From Candidatus Freyarchaeota archaeon (GTDB lineage: Archaea; Asgardarchaeota; Jordiarchaeia; Jordiarchaeales; Jordiarchaeaceae), in assembly GCA_030587365.2 (NCBI GenBank), contig JAUQZE020000289.1, positions 1 to 36,924 on the forward strand: a stretch of DNA of 36,924 nt, written 5' to 3'. Position 1 is the first letter of the stretch; each line of letters opens with the position of its first letter. The notes under the pieces are model-generated. The model did not search any database. It saw nothing but the letters and a program-made list of their open reading frames with translations, and was not told where the DNA came from. Below are positions 8,939 through 19,088 of this stretch, piece after piece. The translations under genes were made by a program, and so were the position numbers.

Positions 8939-9082
8939 TGGTGCAGGGCAGGAGAGTTTCGGGAGATTAAGCCAATCTCCATTCGAACTCCTGAACCCCT
9001 ACGGGACTGGATTTCTTAGCTATTTGCTGTTTTTCTCTTTGATCTTGAGTCCAGCGCCGTTGACCTGCTTGGCTAGCCCTGC
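8939..9082 (-). tRNA. tRNA-Leu(CAA), class II, with two introns (31 nt at the anticodon loop, 26 nt at the T-loop/T-stem junction) and an encoded CCA
   Basis: The reverse complement reads GCAGGGC-UA-GCC-AAGCAGGUCAAC-GGC-G-CUGGA-CUCAAGA-[31 nt]-UCCAG-long variable arm (UCCCGUAGGGGUUC)-AGGAG-UUCGAAU-[26 nt containing the GGAGAUU...AAUCUCC hairpin]-CUCCU-GCCCUGC-A-CCA. Total length is 144 nt, giving 87 nt mature. Confidence 0.85.
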
Positions 9083-9103
9083 AACCATTTCTTCTAGGCT
9101 TTC

Positions 9104-9111
9104 TTTATATT
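9104..9111 (-). promoter_or_regulatory. Candidate TATA box for tRNA-Leu
   Basis: An A/T octamer (plus strand TTTATATT, minus strand AATATAAA) is centred about 26 nt upstream of the tRNA 5' end at 9082. This is the usual archaeal spacing. Confidence 0.4.
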
Positions 9112-9297
9112 GTTTATTTTAAATATTTGTCGGGTGGAGTCTATAAGGATTATTAATATATATTTAATGTTGCCATTTAAGGATTTAAAAGTCCTGGATA
9201 TACTATTAAAATTGCTAAGATTACAATAGTGGATACAATCCAAATTTGAGCGTAAAAATATTTTCAATTTTTTGGTTACATTTAGGAGGTATAAATT

Positions 9298-9693
9298 ATG
9301 AGAAGTGGTGAGGTTCATAATAAAGGTGAGATTTCCCTTATGGATATTATTGGCGAAATTAGGAAAAATCCGAATATTAATAAGGCTGGCGCTATTGCCT
9401 GTTTTATTGGGATTGTTCGTGGCGAGTCGCAAGAGGGAGTTCCTGTGGAAAAGCTAGAGTTGGAAGCATATGAGGAAAAGGCAAACGAAACACTAACTGG
9501 TATCTGTGAGGATATTAAGCGTAGGAAAGGTATCATTGATGTGCATATTCATCATAACGTTGGAGAATTTGGTGTAGGTGAGGAAGTGGTTTATGTGGTA
9601 GTTGCGGGAAAGCATAGGAAGGAATTGTTCTCGGCGCTTATCGACGCTGTAGAGAGATACAAGAAAGAAGCTCAGATATGGAAAGCTGCCTAA
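9298..9693 (+). CDS. moaE: MoaE-like protein (molybdopterin synthase catalytic subunit family)
   Basis: 131 aa. GAIACFIGIVRG..., LELEAYEEKA, HIHHNVGEFGVGEEVVYVVVAGKHRKELF and a terminal IWK parallel the MoaE pattern (GAVVTF.G.VR ... HR.GEL..GE..V.V.V...HR..AF ... WK). Confidence 0.8.
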   Translation: MRSGEVHNKGEISLMDIIGEIRKNPNINKAGAIACFIGIVRGESQEGVPVEKLELEAYEEKANETLTGICEDIKRRKGIIDVHIHHNVGEFGVGEEVVYVVVAGKHRKELFSALIDAVERYKKEAQIWKAA

Positions 9694-9782
9694 AAAGCAG
9701 CCCATAAAAAGGAGTATACTTTAAGTGGAGCCCGCTGGGTGAAGGAATAATCACTAATTATTACTATATGGGAGGTTTTTGA

Positions 9783-10295
9783 TTGTTAGTCGGTATGATT
9801 TCAGATAGTCATGATAGGGTTGAGGCGATTCGAGCTGCAGTTGAAAAGTTCAATTCGGAATCGGTTGAGCTAGTGCTTCACGCTGGGGATATTGTGAGCC
9901 CCTTCAGTGTTAGGGAATTTGAGAAATTGAAATGTAAAATTGTATGTGTTACCGGTAATAATGATGGTGATCGGACTGCTTTGAGAAAGTTTTTGGGCAG
10001 ATTTGGTGGAGAATTGAAGGACGGTTTTTATAAACTTGATGTTGATGGTAAGAGAGTGGCGCTTATACATGGAGAATTTCCTGAAGTTGTTGAGGCTCTT
10101 ATTCTCTCCGGAAGGTATGATGTTGTAATTAGTGGTCATAGTCACGAGGCGTATATTAGGGAGCAGAATGGGGTTTTGGCAATAAATCCGGGTAGCTGTA
10201 GTTACCCTATTGTGAATGGGGTTGTCACCATTGGGAAAGGAACAATTGCTATTCTGGATTTGAGGAAGATGAGAGCGAATCTTTTAACAATTTAG
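9783..10295 (+). CDS. MJ0936/YfcE-family metallophosphoesterase, TTG start (ATG alternative at 9795)
   Basis: Motifs ISDSHD, HAGD, GNNDGD, HGHSHE in the canonical order. Confidence 0.8.
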   Translation: MLVGMISDSHDRVEAIRAAVEKFNSESVELVLHAGDIVSPFSVREFEKLKCKIVCVTGNNDGDRTALRKFLGRFGGELKDGFYKLDVDGKRVALIHGEFPEVVEALILSGRYDVVISGHSHEAYIREQNGVLAINPGSCSYPIVNGVVTIGKGTIAILDLRKMRANLLTI

Positions 10296-10302
10296 GCAGG
10301 CC

Positions 10303-11487
10303 TTAGGGTCGAGTTAGGACGGCAATAAAGTTTCCGGGGGTTCCGTGTAGATCTGGTTCGAATCGTATGGTTTTTCTTGCCTCTGAAAAGTAGTGTGATA
10401 GCCCTGGAGAGCCAAAGTTTTTGGATAGGTCTTTGAGTTCTAGTCCGAGTTCTTCTAAGCAATATTTTATGTTTAGTTCATTTTCTTCGACTGTCAGTGT
10501 GCATGTGCTGTAGATCATTGTGCCTCCCGGCTTTAATAATTTTGCAGCGACCTTTAAAAATTGGCGTTGATATGCCGATGTGGATATGATTTGTTTCTCG
10601 GTGGTGTTGTCATAGAGTTTTGGTCTTACCCCTATTGCGGTGCATGGCGGATCTAGTATGATTCTGTCCGCTTTAAGACATGGGTATTTTTTATTTAGGA
10701 TTCGGGAATCTAAATTTATTGAAATTACGTTTTTGATTCCTAGGCGTTTTATGTGGCTTCTGAGTTTTTCTATCTTTTTTTTGGAGCGGTCTAATGCAAG
10801 AATTTTGCCAGTGTTCTTCATTAATTGGGCAGTGTGTGTAGTTTTTCCTCCAGGCCCTGCGCACATGTCGATTATGAACTCATCTTGCTGTGGTTCAAGA
10901 AGTATGCTAGCAATAATTGCGGGAAGACTTTGAAAGTAAATTAGTCCTTGTGAATAGAGCCAAGAATCTTTTAGGTTGGGGACTTTGTATATGGACTTTG
11001 TTGTTTTCACCGCAACACCATTTTTTCTATTCATTATGTCCTTACTATCCATTACCGCCACCCCCTCTGCCACCTTTAATCCAGATCGATCCTCAATTAC
11101 GACAGGGTCATTTTTCTTTATTCTTTCGAGTTTAACTATTCCTGAAGAGTATAGGTCAGAGCCTTGCATGACAGCTTCACATGCGAATTTATCTGCGATA
11201 ACTTTTTTTCCTATTGCTTCTATTGGAAATGGACCTTTGACTTCTAGGAGAATGGCCTCACTAATGTCGGGGTGGATTTTAGCACTTATGGAAGACTGTT
11301 CTAATTCTCTTAACACATGGTTGGCGGATGTTAACAGGGTGTTTATTCTAATTGAGAAAATTCGGCTTGGTGTTTTCAATTCTTTTATAATTTTTTCTGC
11401 CCTTGTGTATCCATAGTATTCGATTAGTCTAGAAACCACACTTGGAGAATAATTATATTGAATAGAGAGTTGAGTGGTTTCATCCAA
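10303..11487 (-). CDS. NOL1/NOP2/Sun-family RNA (cytosine-C5)-methyltransferase with a PUA-like N-terminal region
   Basis: SAM motif DMCAGPGGKTTH and catalytic motifs DPPCTAIG and YSTCT. Confidence 0.85.
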   Translation of the reverse strand: MDETTQLSIQYNYSPSVVSRLIEYYGYTRAEKIIKELKTPSRIFSIRINTLLTSANHVLRELEQSSISAKIHPDISEAILLEVKGPFPIEAIGKKVIADKFACEAVMQGSDLYSSGIVKLERIKKNDPVVIEDRSGLKVAEGVAVMDSKDIMNRKNGVAVKTTKSIYKVPNLKDSWLYSQGLIYFQSLPAIIASILLEPQQDEFIIDMCAGPGGKTTHTAQLMKNTGKILALDRSKKKIEKLRSHIKRLGIKNVISINLDSRILNKKYPCLKADRIILDPPCTAIGVRPKLYDNTTEKQIISTSAYQRQFLKVAAKLLKPGGTMIYSTCTLTVEENELNIKYCLEELGLELKDLSKNFGSPGLSHYFSEARKTIRFEPDLHGTPGNFIAVLTRP

Positions 11488-11571
11488 TTTGGATATTCAC
11501 TCTCTTACATAGTTGGTTAGTTAATTTTGGCGCCTTTTTTCTGTAAGAATATTGAAGAATAAAAAATGTTT

Positions 11572-12093
11572 TTAACTAACTTTTTTTGATATCCGTCTCT
11601 TTATGTCTCCACCACATATTTCACAAACTTTCTCAGAATAGATGGCAGGATATTGTTTTTTACAGGAAACACAATATTTCACCCAATAGAAGCGTTGTTT
11701 CACACCTTCTCTAATTACAGTTTTGAAGGGTATACCCAAAGTTTTTGCAGCGTTTTGAAGAGAGTAATCGTCCGTGACTAGTATGGGATTTTTATTTTCA
11801 TTCTTTAAATCGAGAGCCAGAGCTAGAATATGAATATCTACTGAAGATAGGGTAAAATCGTCACCTGTACTTTTCGCTGCATTACTCGCGACTCTAATTG
11901 AAGCGGGTGTGGGTTCTCTAACCTTTACTAGGTTGTTTGATACGGCTAAGTTTAGAATTATACGTGAGCGGTTATCTATTACCTCCTCAAAGACCTCGGG
12001 CACTATTAGATGTTGAGCGTTTGTCAAATTGGGATTATAACCACCAATTAGTGCGGAAGAATCCAAAATGTAAATTTCATCTTTTTCGTCCAT
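11572..12093 (-). CDS. nob1: Nob1-like PIN endonuclease with a C-terminal zinc ribbon (pre-16S rRNA 3'-end maturation)
   Basis: PIN start YILDSSALIGG, VTDDYSLQNAAKTLGIPF, then CVSCKKQY...CEICGG. I chose Met34 of the tracked ORF (ATG at 12093). The longer form would extend to 12192. Confidence 0.8.
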   Translation of the reverse strand: MDEKDEIYILDSSALIGGYNPNLTNAQHLIVPEVFEEVIDNRSRIILNLAVSNNLVKVREPTPASIRVASNAAKSTGDDFTLSSVDIHILALALDLKNENKNPILVTDDYSLQNAAKTLGIPFKTVIREGVKQRFYWVKYCVSCKKQYPAIYSEKVCEICGGDIKRRISKKVS

Positions 12094-12307
12094 AATTACA
12101 GGATCCTTTGTACTTGTCTGATATTTAAAAGACTCAGGTTTTTGTGGTGGAGGGTAGCTAACGATTCTCATTAATGTGAAAAACATTTTCAAGATTTGTT
12201 TCAGGTATTTGACGTGAGTAGGTTTTTAAAGTAAAGAAATTGTTTGGAAAGGAAATAACGGGTTTACCATTTAAAAAAGGGTATTAACGTACAAAACGGG
12301 GGAGTGG

Positions 12308-12706
12308 TTAGCCCTTTATTCTCATTAATTTTTTCTTACCCATGACACTCCAGTATTCTGCTTCTGCCCCTTCTTTCAGCTTTGATACTATCTCTTCTTC
12401 TTTGGGTTTAGGAATCTCAAAGGTTTCATAGGTTTCCAAGTCCATTAGCATGACAGTGTTTTCTCCGACAGATATTACTTGGCCATTCCTTTTGTCAATC
12501 AATGGAACCTCAACCTTGGAGTCACCAGGAAGTACTATGTCTTTTTTGGTATCATCAAAAAGGTTCACTGCCACTATTCGTGTTTTGGCGTGGCCATGTT
12601 TTCCTGATTTTGAGGTTGCTGTACTTACAACTTTGTAAGGTTCGTTGTCAATTAGAAGGTATGAGCTAACTTTTAGTTTCGAAACCTCAGTTATTTTTTT
12701 GGACAT
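12308..12706 (-). CDS. eif5a: Translation initiation factor 5A (aIF5A)
   Basis: Hypusination loop TSKSGKHGHAKTRIV, 132 aa, OB-fold C-terminal region. Confidence 0.95.
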   Translation of the reverse strand: MSKKITEVSKLKVSSYLLIDNEPYKVVSTATSKSGKHGHAKTRIVAVNLFDDTKKDIVLPGDSKVEVPLIDKRNGQVISVGENTVMLMDLETYETFEIPKPKEEEIVSKLKEGAEAEYWSVMGKKKLMRIKG

Positions 12707-12762
12707 TTATTTCCACCTGCGCGTATTCATTAAGCTAAAGGAATAACTAAGTAGTATTATAA

Positions 12763-13218
12763 TTAGTCTATTTGTATTTTTTGTTTGGTTATTTTTTTGG
12801 GTAGAAATATACGCAGTATGCCTCCTTTAAATTCAGCCTTTGCCTTTTCAGGATCTATTCTGCTCGGTAGTTTTATTGATTTGTGATAACAGTTGAAGGA
12901 TATGTCACGCTGTATTGTTCCCCAGCGTTCGAACCGTATAGAGTTTCTCATTTTTGCGTCTATGTCCAACGTATTTTCTGTAGCATTTATAGTTATGTCT
13001 TCTTTATCCACGTAGGGTAAATCTGCTGTAACTACTATTTCCTCGGGGTACTCTTGAACATCGACGAGGGGAACAAGGCAGCACCTTTGTGGGTCCCAGG
13101 AAGGCTCAGTAAATCTAAAGGGTCTTAATATCGAGTAGAAGGCCTCATCAAATCTTTTCTCAACCTCTGAGATATACTCCATAAATTGTTCAAAAATATC
13201 TTTTTTCTTTTCAGACAT
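12763..13218 (-). CDS. Small heat-shock protein (Hsp20/alpha-crystallin family)
   Basis: Alpha-crystallin core: VDVQEYPEEIVVTADLPYVDKEDITI ... KSIKLPSRIDPEKAKAEFKGGILRIFLPKK. Confidence 0.85.
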   Translation of the reverse strand: MSEKKKDIFEQFMEYISEVEKRFDEAFYSILRPFRFTEPSWDPQRCCLVPLVDVQEYPEEIVVTADLPYVDKEDITINATENTLDIDAKMRNSIRFERWGTIQRDISFNCYHKSIKLPSRIDPEKAKAEFKGGILRIFLPKKITKQKIQID

Positions 13219-13229
13219 TGGTTTCCCTC

Positions 13230-13985
13230 CTACGAATACATTGCAGGTAAATCATATTCCTGCGATTTACCCATAGATTCAAGCTGCTCAGTAGTTCTTT
13301 TCATAAGATCTCTTGATTTGATGCGAATTTCCTCAGCCTTTTCTAGGAGAGCACCAACATCAATGTTCATTTTCAATACTTTATTGATGACTTTAACAAT
13401 TGACGCCGCAGCGCCAGGATCCGGATAGTTAGGGAAGCTCTGTGCTAATAATGCCAGGCAGGGTATATTGTGTTTCGCACAGTCCATTAATATGCTGGCG
13501 TAGGGCCCCGCCATAATACCCTCTTCTAGGCGTTGTAGGGAGAAATCATCAATTATTTTATTGGCGAAGTCGTTTGTAGCCACGGTATAAACATCGGGTT
13601 CATCGATGGCAATTCTATTTGGCACTGGGATGCCTGCGAGCGGCATTACCAGACTTACCTTCTTATCTATTAACCATTTTGTTATTGCATGAGATATGGA
13701 ATTAACTGCTAGTGGGGGTACGGGAATTTCAGATAAGAATAATAGGATATTATCTTTTTGATAAATTCGGAAGGGGTGATATATTTTGCTCCCATGCAGA
13801 ACAATTACTGGTGGAAACAGGTCAGATTCAAGATGAGCGACAATCTTCATATCCAGAGTTTCTACAATGTGAGATGCAGATATCATTCCAACTAAACCTA
13901 CATCAGGGAGACCGATTAGAAATTTTGGTTCACGCACTTTTACAGGGACGTCTTCAATAATTTCGACAGAATCTTTTGCCTCCAT
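13230..13985 (-). CDS. PAC2-family protein (proteasome assembly chaperone-like)
   Basis: N-terminal FLIGLPDVGLVGMISASHIV and the overall ~250-aa length resemble the archaeal PAC2/DUF75 family. Confidence 0.65.
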   Translation of the reverse strand: MEAKDSVEIIEDVPVKVREPKFLIGLPDVGLVGMISASHIVETLDMKIVAHLESDLFPPVIVLHGSKIYHPFRIYQKDNILLFLSEIPVPPLAVNSISHAITKWLIDKKVSLVMPLAGIPVPNRIAIDEPDVYTVATNDFANKIIDDFSLQRLEEGIMAGPYASILMDCAKHNIPCLALLAQSFPNYPDPGAAASIVKVINKVLKMNIDVGALLEKAEEIRIKSRDLMKRTTEQLESMGKSQEYDLPAMYS

Positions 13986-14329
13986 AAATTCCTCACCGCC
14001 AAAAGTTATTAGACACTAAACCTCCTTAATAATAAAGCTATGTTATTAGTATATTCCGCCAATATTTTAGACTTTCCATGGTAATAATAGGATATTCAGA
14101 TTTTTTTAGGGCTTTCCCCCTCGTTTCACATCTCCGAATTGGGGAGACATTCTATAGAGCCTTTTTTCTGTACAAATGGCAAACAGTTTATATTGACTAT
14201 TTACAGCTTAGAAATTGCTTGCTCTCAACCGACTTGTAGAATAAAAGGTTTCAGAAAGACAGGAGTAATTATGCTGAAAATAATTATATTATTATAGTTG
14301 GAATATTTAGTTGGTGTTAAATGGGTTTT

Positions 14330-15814
14330 TTATTCGAGCTCTGCTAGCATTTTTCTTATCAATTTATTTGTAATTTCGGGGTCTGCTTTTCCTCTTGTTT
14401 TGTTCATAACCTGTCCAACTAAGTAATTCACGGCGTTAGGGTCTTTTTTAGCGTCTTGTACAGCCTTGGGGAATTCTTTGAATACTTCGTCAACAATCCT
14501 TTTTATTTGAGCTTCATCACTTATTTTTAAGAGGTTTTCTCTTTTTATTATGGTTTGGGGGGAGTCTCCTGTGCTTACCATTTTACTCAGAAGTTCTTTG
14601 GCTATTTTACCGCTTATTTCACCCTTGTCTATGAGCCTTAACATGTCTGTTAGGTGTTTTGGTTTTATTTTTGATTCGGAAATTTCGATTCCTAAATCCT
14701 TTAGGTTGCGGGTTAGATCCGTCATAATCCAATTGCTAATTTTTTTAGCATCGGGATACAAATGACAGCATTCTTCAAAAAAGTCTGCAAGTGCTTTTGA
14801 GTTTGTGATTACTGTGGCGTCATATTCAGGTATGCCATACTCTTTTACGAAACGTATTTTCCGCTCGTCTGGTAGCTCTGGCATTTTGGACCTAATCTCT
14901 TCAATCCAAGTTTGTGAGATTTCTACTGGAACTAAATCAGGCTCGGGGAAATAGCGGTAATCGCTTTCTGTTTCTTTTGTTCTGAGAGATATTGTTAATC
15001 TTCTATCAGCATCCCAGTGCCTTGTTTCTTGCTTTACAGTTGAGCCCCTTCTTATTAGCTGCTTTTGCCGAATTATTTCGTATTGCAATGCGCGTTTTAC
15101 CTCTAAAAATGATGTGATGTTTTTTATTTCGACGCGTTTTCCATCTTGGAGGGAAATGTTTGCATCGCAACGCATTGATCCTTGTAGGTCGCCATTAGAA
15201 ACACCTAGATGTTCTATAATGGAGCGAAGTTTTTGTAGAAAAAGCCGCGCCTCATCGGGCGAGTTAATGTCTGGTTCTGTGACTATTTCCAATAAGGCAA
15301 TGCCTGCTCTATTAAAGTCAACGAGGGTGTAAGGTGAGCTATCGATGGTTCCATAATAAGACAAACGGGCAGGATCTTCTTCGAGTTGCACTCTTTTAAT
15401 CCTAACTTTTTTGACTGTCCCGTTAACTTCGAAGCTAATAATTCCGCCAGTAGATAGGGGGACTCCACCAGCTTTGTCGTATTGCGAGATTTGAAAATTT
15501 TTAGGCATATCCACATAAAAATAATTTTTGCGGTAAAATGTTGTGCGGGGAGAAATTGTGGAATTTAAGGCAAGGGCTACCATTATCGCGAAATCGATTG
15601 CTCTTTTATTCGTAACAGGCAAAGAACCCGGTAGACCAAGGCAGACTGGACACACAAGAGTATTAGCCTCTTTGCCCCTGTAGTCTGAAGAGCAACCGCA
15701 GAAAAGTTTAGTTTTTAGAGCGGTTATTTGAATATGTATTTCCAATCCAATTTTGACTTGGTCTTTTTCGAGGTTAATTGATCTTTGGGTGTTAACCAAC
15801 TCTTTCACCAACAT
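14330..15814 (-). CDS. gatB: Asp/Glu-tRNA amidotransferase subunit B
   Basis: 494 aa. KIGLEIHIQI...KLFCGC, the CPVCLGLPG zinc motif, and a YqeY-like tail. It is adjacent to gatA and gatC. Confidence 0.95.
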   Translation of the reverse strand: MLVKELVNTQRSINLEKDQVKIGLEIHIQITALKTKLFCGCSSDYRGKEANTLVCPVCLGLPGSLPVTNKRAIDFAIMVALALNSTISPRTTFYRKNYFYVDMPKNFQISQYDKAGGVPLSTGGIISFEVNGTVKKVRIKRVQLEEDPARLSYYGTIDSSPYTLVDFNRAGIALLEIVTEPDINSPDEARLFLQKLRSIIEHLGVSNGDLQGSMRCDANISLQDGKRVEIKNITSFLEVKRALQYEIIRQKQLIRRGSTVKQETRHWDADRRLTISLRTKETESDYRYFPEPDLVPVEISQTWIEEIRSKMPELPDERKIRFVKEYGIPEYDATVITNSKALADFFEECCHLYPDAKKISNWIMTDLTRNLKDLGIEISESKIKPKHLTDMLRLIDKGEISGKIAKELLSKMVSTGDSPQTIIKRENLLKISDEAQIKRIVDEVFKEFPKAVQDAKKDPNAVNYLVGQVMNKTRGKADPEITNKLIRKMLAELE

Positions 15815-15884
15815 GGTACCAGATTTTAATTCATGGATCGTTTAGAATAATCTTTAAAGGGGTTTCTAGTTTCAGGATAAATTT

Positions 15885-17348
15885 TCAAAGGTTTGGTTTT
15901 TTTCTATGAAAGGAGGTATTCTGCTCATAGGAATATGCTAGCCTTATTATGGTTTCTTCGTCGAAAAAGCGTCCTATAATTTGCATCCCTACAGGTAAAT
16001 TGTTTACAAAACCACATGGAATAGAAATTGAGGGAACTCCAGCTAGGTTTATTGGAACAGTATCTATATCAATCATGTACATGCTCAGCGGATCTTCAAT
16101 TTTTTCACCAATTTTAAAGGGGGGTGTTGGCATTGTAGGAGCAATAAGAGCAGAATATTTTGATAGGGCTTTTTCAAAATCATTTTTTATCAATGTTCTA
16201 ATTTGGAGCGCCTTAAGGTAATACTTATCATAATATCCTGCTGAGAGTGCAAAGGTTCCAAGGATTATGCGCCGTTTAACTTCGGGTCCAAATCCCCTTT
16301 GGCGAGTCAGGCTAAACACCTCATTCCAGTCGGCATCATCTTTTTCCGCGCGAAAACCATAGCGAATACCATCAAATCTGGCTAGGTTTGAACTCGCCTC
16401 ACACATTGCTATTAGATAGTAAGTGGGAATGGAATAAACAATGTGAGGCATAGATATTTCGTCATAATGGGCGCCTAAATCCTCAAATTTGTGAATGGCG
16501 TTCCAAACGAGTTTTTCTACAGCACTATCTGTTCCTTCACCAAAAAATTCCCTTGGAACCCCAAGTGTAAAGCCTCTAACATCGTCGACCAAAGCACTCA
16601 TGTAATTTTTATTTGGGAAGGGCGCGGAGGTGCTATCGCGGTAATCATTTCCATTGATTATGCTCAATAACAAGGCGCAGTCTGTAACGTCTTTTGTCAT
16701 CGGGCCTATTTGCTCTAAGCTATTAGCATAAGCCACAAGCCCATAGCGGCTTACTAGTCCGTAGGTCGGTTTTAATCCAACGATGGAACAGAAACTTGCC
16801 GGACACCTTATGCTACCACCAGTGTCGCTTCCAAGGGCTAGTATTGTTTCATCCGACGCTAAGGCGGCTGCGCTGCCTCCTGAAGATCCTCCAGTAACAT
16901 GTTCTAATGACCAGGGATTACGAGAGCAGCCAAAAGCGCTATTCTCGGTGGAGGAGCCCATAGCAAATTCGTCCATGTTGGTTTTGCCGATAATTATGGC
17001 GCCTTCTTTTTTAATACGCTCAATTACTGTAGCATCGAATGGCGGAATATAATTTTCAAGAATCTTTGAGCCACAAGTAGTAACCTTATCTTTCGTAGAA
17101 ATAATGTCTTTAACGGCAATGGGTATACCGCTTAGCTTCCCTACGGTCTCACCCCTCCGAATTCTTTCATCTATTATTATTGCCTCCTCTAGAGCAGAAT
17201 CTCGAAATAGTGAAATGTATGCATGTATCTTTGACTCGAATTTATGTATACGTTCAAAAACCGAGTTTACTATTTCCTCGGAAGAAACTTCTCTTTTATC
17301 TATCATTTCTTTAAGTTCATGACAGGCCAATTTACTGTAATCCACCAT
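15885..17348 (-). CDS. gatA: Asp/Glu-tRNA amidotransferase subunit A
   Basis: Amidase signature GGSSGGSAAALA...GSDTGGSIR. Confidence 0.95.
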   Translation of the reverse strand: MVDYSKLACHELKEMIDKREVSSEEIVNSVFERIHKFESKIHAYISLFRDSALEEAIIIDERIRRGETVGKLSGIPIAVKDIISTKDKVTTCGSKILENYIPPFDATVIERIKKEGAIIIGKTNMDEFAMGSSTENSAFGCSRNPWSLEHVTGGSSGGSAAALASDETILALGSDTGGSIRCPASFCSIVGLKPTYGLVSRYGLVAYANSLEQIGPMTKDVTDCALLLSIINGNDYRDSTSAPFPNKNYMSALVDDVRGFTLGVPREFFGEGTDSAVEKLVWNAIHKFEDLGAHYDEISMPHIVYSIPTYYLIAMCEASSNLARFDGIRYGFRAEKDDADWNEVFSLTRQRGFGPEVKRRIILGTFALSAGYYDKYYLKALQIRTLIKNDFEKALSKYSALIAPTMPTPPFKIGEKIEDPLSMYMIDIDTVPINLAGVPSISIPCGFVNNLPVGMQIIGRFFDEETIIRLAYSYEQNTSFHRKKPNL

Positions 17349-17379
17349 TGCGGGTCACTTTTAGTGGTGAGTGAAGGCT

Positions 17380-17685
17380 TCAGATGATTTTTGGAGCTTT
17401 TATGAAAGAATCTTCTTTTTGTGAAGCATTTCTCAATGCATCTTCTTTGGATAAGGAGGGCTCAACCTTATCTTCTCTCAGAACATTCACTAAATTTATA
17501 ACGTGGTAAGTAGGTTCGATATTTGAGGTATCTATCTCATTAATTTTCTTGAAGTAGTCTAGAACTTCGTTTAATTGTTTTGTGAAGGCTTGCTTTTCTT
17601 CTTCGGTTAACTCTATCCTCGCAAGCCAAGCCACATGTTCAACTTGCTCTTTTGTTATGGTTGAGTTTCTAGCCATTTTAACCAC
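17380..17685 (-). CDS. gatC: Asp/Glu-tRNA amidotransferase subunit C
   Basis: ~100 aa with VEHVAWLARIELTEEE typical of GatC. It lies immediately upstream of gatA. Confidence 0.85.
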   Translation of the reverse strand: MVKMARNSTITKEQVEHVAWLARIELTEEEKQAFTKQLNEVLDYFKKINEIDTSNIEPTYHVINLVNVLREDKVEPSLSKEDALRNASQKEDSFIKAPKII

Positions 17686-17732
17686 AAGCGTTTAACTATT
17701 TGAGGACTAGAATACGTTAAAAAGAAACTAAT

Positions 17733-18416
17733 TTAAAAGTTCTCACATTTGGGTATTAGCTCAGCCCGCTTAACGTTTAAATACCCACTGTCTTTTTGCC
17801 AAATTTTTTCAGATTCAACTATTTTTATAATGTTTTTAAAAAATGGTGCGTCCAGTACTAGAGTTTCATATTCTCCTCCCTCCCCTGACAAGTTTACTCC
17901 ATATTTTTTATTTAGAGTAATTAAATCTTTGAGGGCGGATTCGTCCAATTTGCGTCCTAACCAACTTTCATCGAAGCCTAGAGCGAATACGCCGGTAAAA
18001 ATTATATTAAAATCACGTTTTATCATTTCTTTCAATATGAGTATTGGATCTTTATGCCAAAGTGGGTTTATGCTACGCAGTCCCAATTTGTCTGCGACAA
18101 ATTCTATGTGTGACCTCTGATACTCGCTGGCAATGGCGCCAGAAACAATACCATCAATATCCAATTGTTGAATCACGGCTTCCAAGTCTTTAACCTCTTC
18201 ATCTTTAATCCCAGAAGATTGTCTTATAACATGAGGCAAACCTGCAGCTTCAGCCTGAAGCCTAGTTAACTCGATATTAGGCACATGAAACATATAACTA
18301 TCTGCCCTCCTAGGAAAAATAGACACTAAGGCCTTAATGGTATAAGATTGATCAATACACCACTGGGTAACATAGCTTGAATCTTTTCCGCCACTAAATA
18401 AGACAGCCACATTCAA
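17733..18416 (-). CDS. dph6: MJ0570/DUF71-family N-type ATP pyrophosphatase (diphthine-ammonia ligase, Dph6-like)
   Basis: PP-loop VLFSGGKDSSY and the family motif SGEGGEYETLVLDAPFF. Confidence 0.8.
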   Translation of the reverse strand: MNVAVLFSGGKDSSYVTQWCIDQSYTIKALVSIFPRRADSYMFHVPNIELTRLQAEAAGLPHVIRQSSGIKDEEVKDLEAVIQQLDIDGIVSGAIASEYQRSHIEFVADKLGLRSINPLWHKDPILILKEMIKRDFNIIFTGVFALGFDESWLGRKLDESALKDLITLNKKYGVNLSGEGGEYETLVLDAPFFKNIIKIVESEKIWQKDSGYLNVKRAELIPKCENF

Positions 18417-19088
18417 TTATTATACACCCGAAAAAGACCATACTATTTATTATGATTATGTCGTCTTGGAAAAGGACATCTTAGCGGTCTGTTAGAAATA
18501 CTATCACACTGTTTAATACTTTGAATGCATTGAAACTTAAGGTTATATTAAAAGTTTTTTGAAAATTTGATTTTTGGAGTTCCGAATCTCTAATAATTGG
18601 CACCGAATTGATACTTGAACATACAAAACGGGATATATTCTATATGTTTAGGCAACATTCCTAGTTTTGGGAAAATTTTGCTGGAGTCCTCATTTCCCCT
18701 TTTAACATCTTTCCATAGAAAGGAGACGAGTATTTGCGGAGGCAAGAAACATCCCAAAAAATATAACAACACAGCCGAATAGCATTTTGATTAAAGATAT
18801 GGAATTGTTTGGCTGCCCTGGCAAAAAGGGGTGGTGAGGTCCCAAAAGCCTAAAGAAAGCCAACATCAAATATTTTTGAAGATCCTTCGCCACAAGGAAG
18901 AGAAACCTCAATTAGAGCCTTTTCGAAAAGTAGAAACATTCTGCCGGACTGGTTTTCATGAGCGGAATAAATAAGGTTAATCGAAACTTCTATAAAAGAA
19001 CATTATTTATTTCCTAATGCATAATGTTAATAATTGCAGCGAATATGGTTAAAAATAACACCGCTTCGCTTTTGAGGACGTGAATATA

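Noticed and set aside
9094-9432. 112-aa minus-strand ORF spanning the tRNA-Leu upstream region and the start of moaE.
   Set aside because: It is Asn/Ile/Lys-rich and low-complexity. It overlaps the better-supported moaE start and the tRNA promoter. It is most likely an AT-rich artefact.
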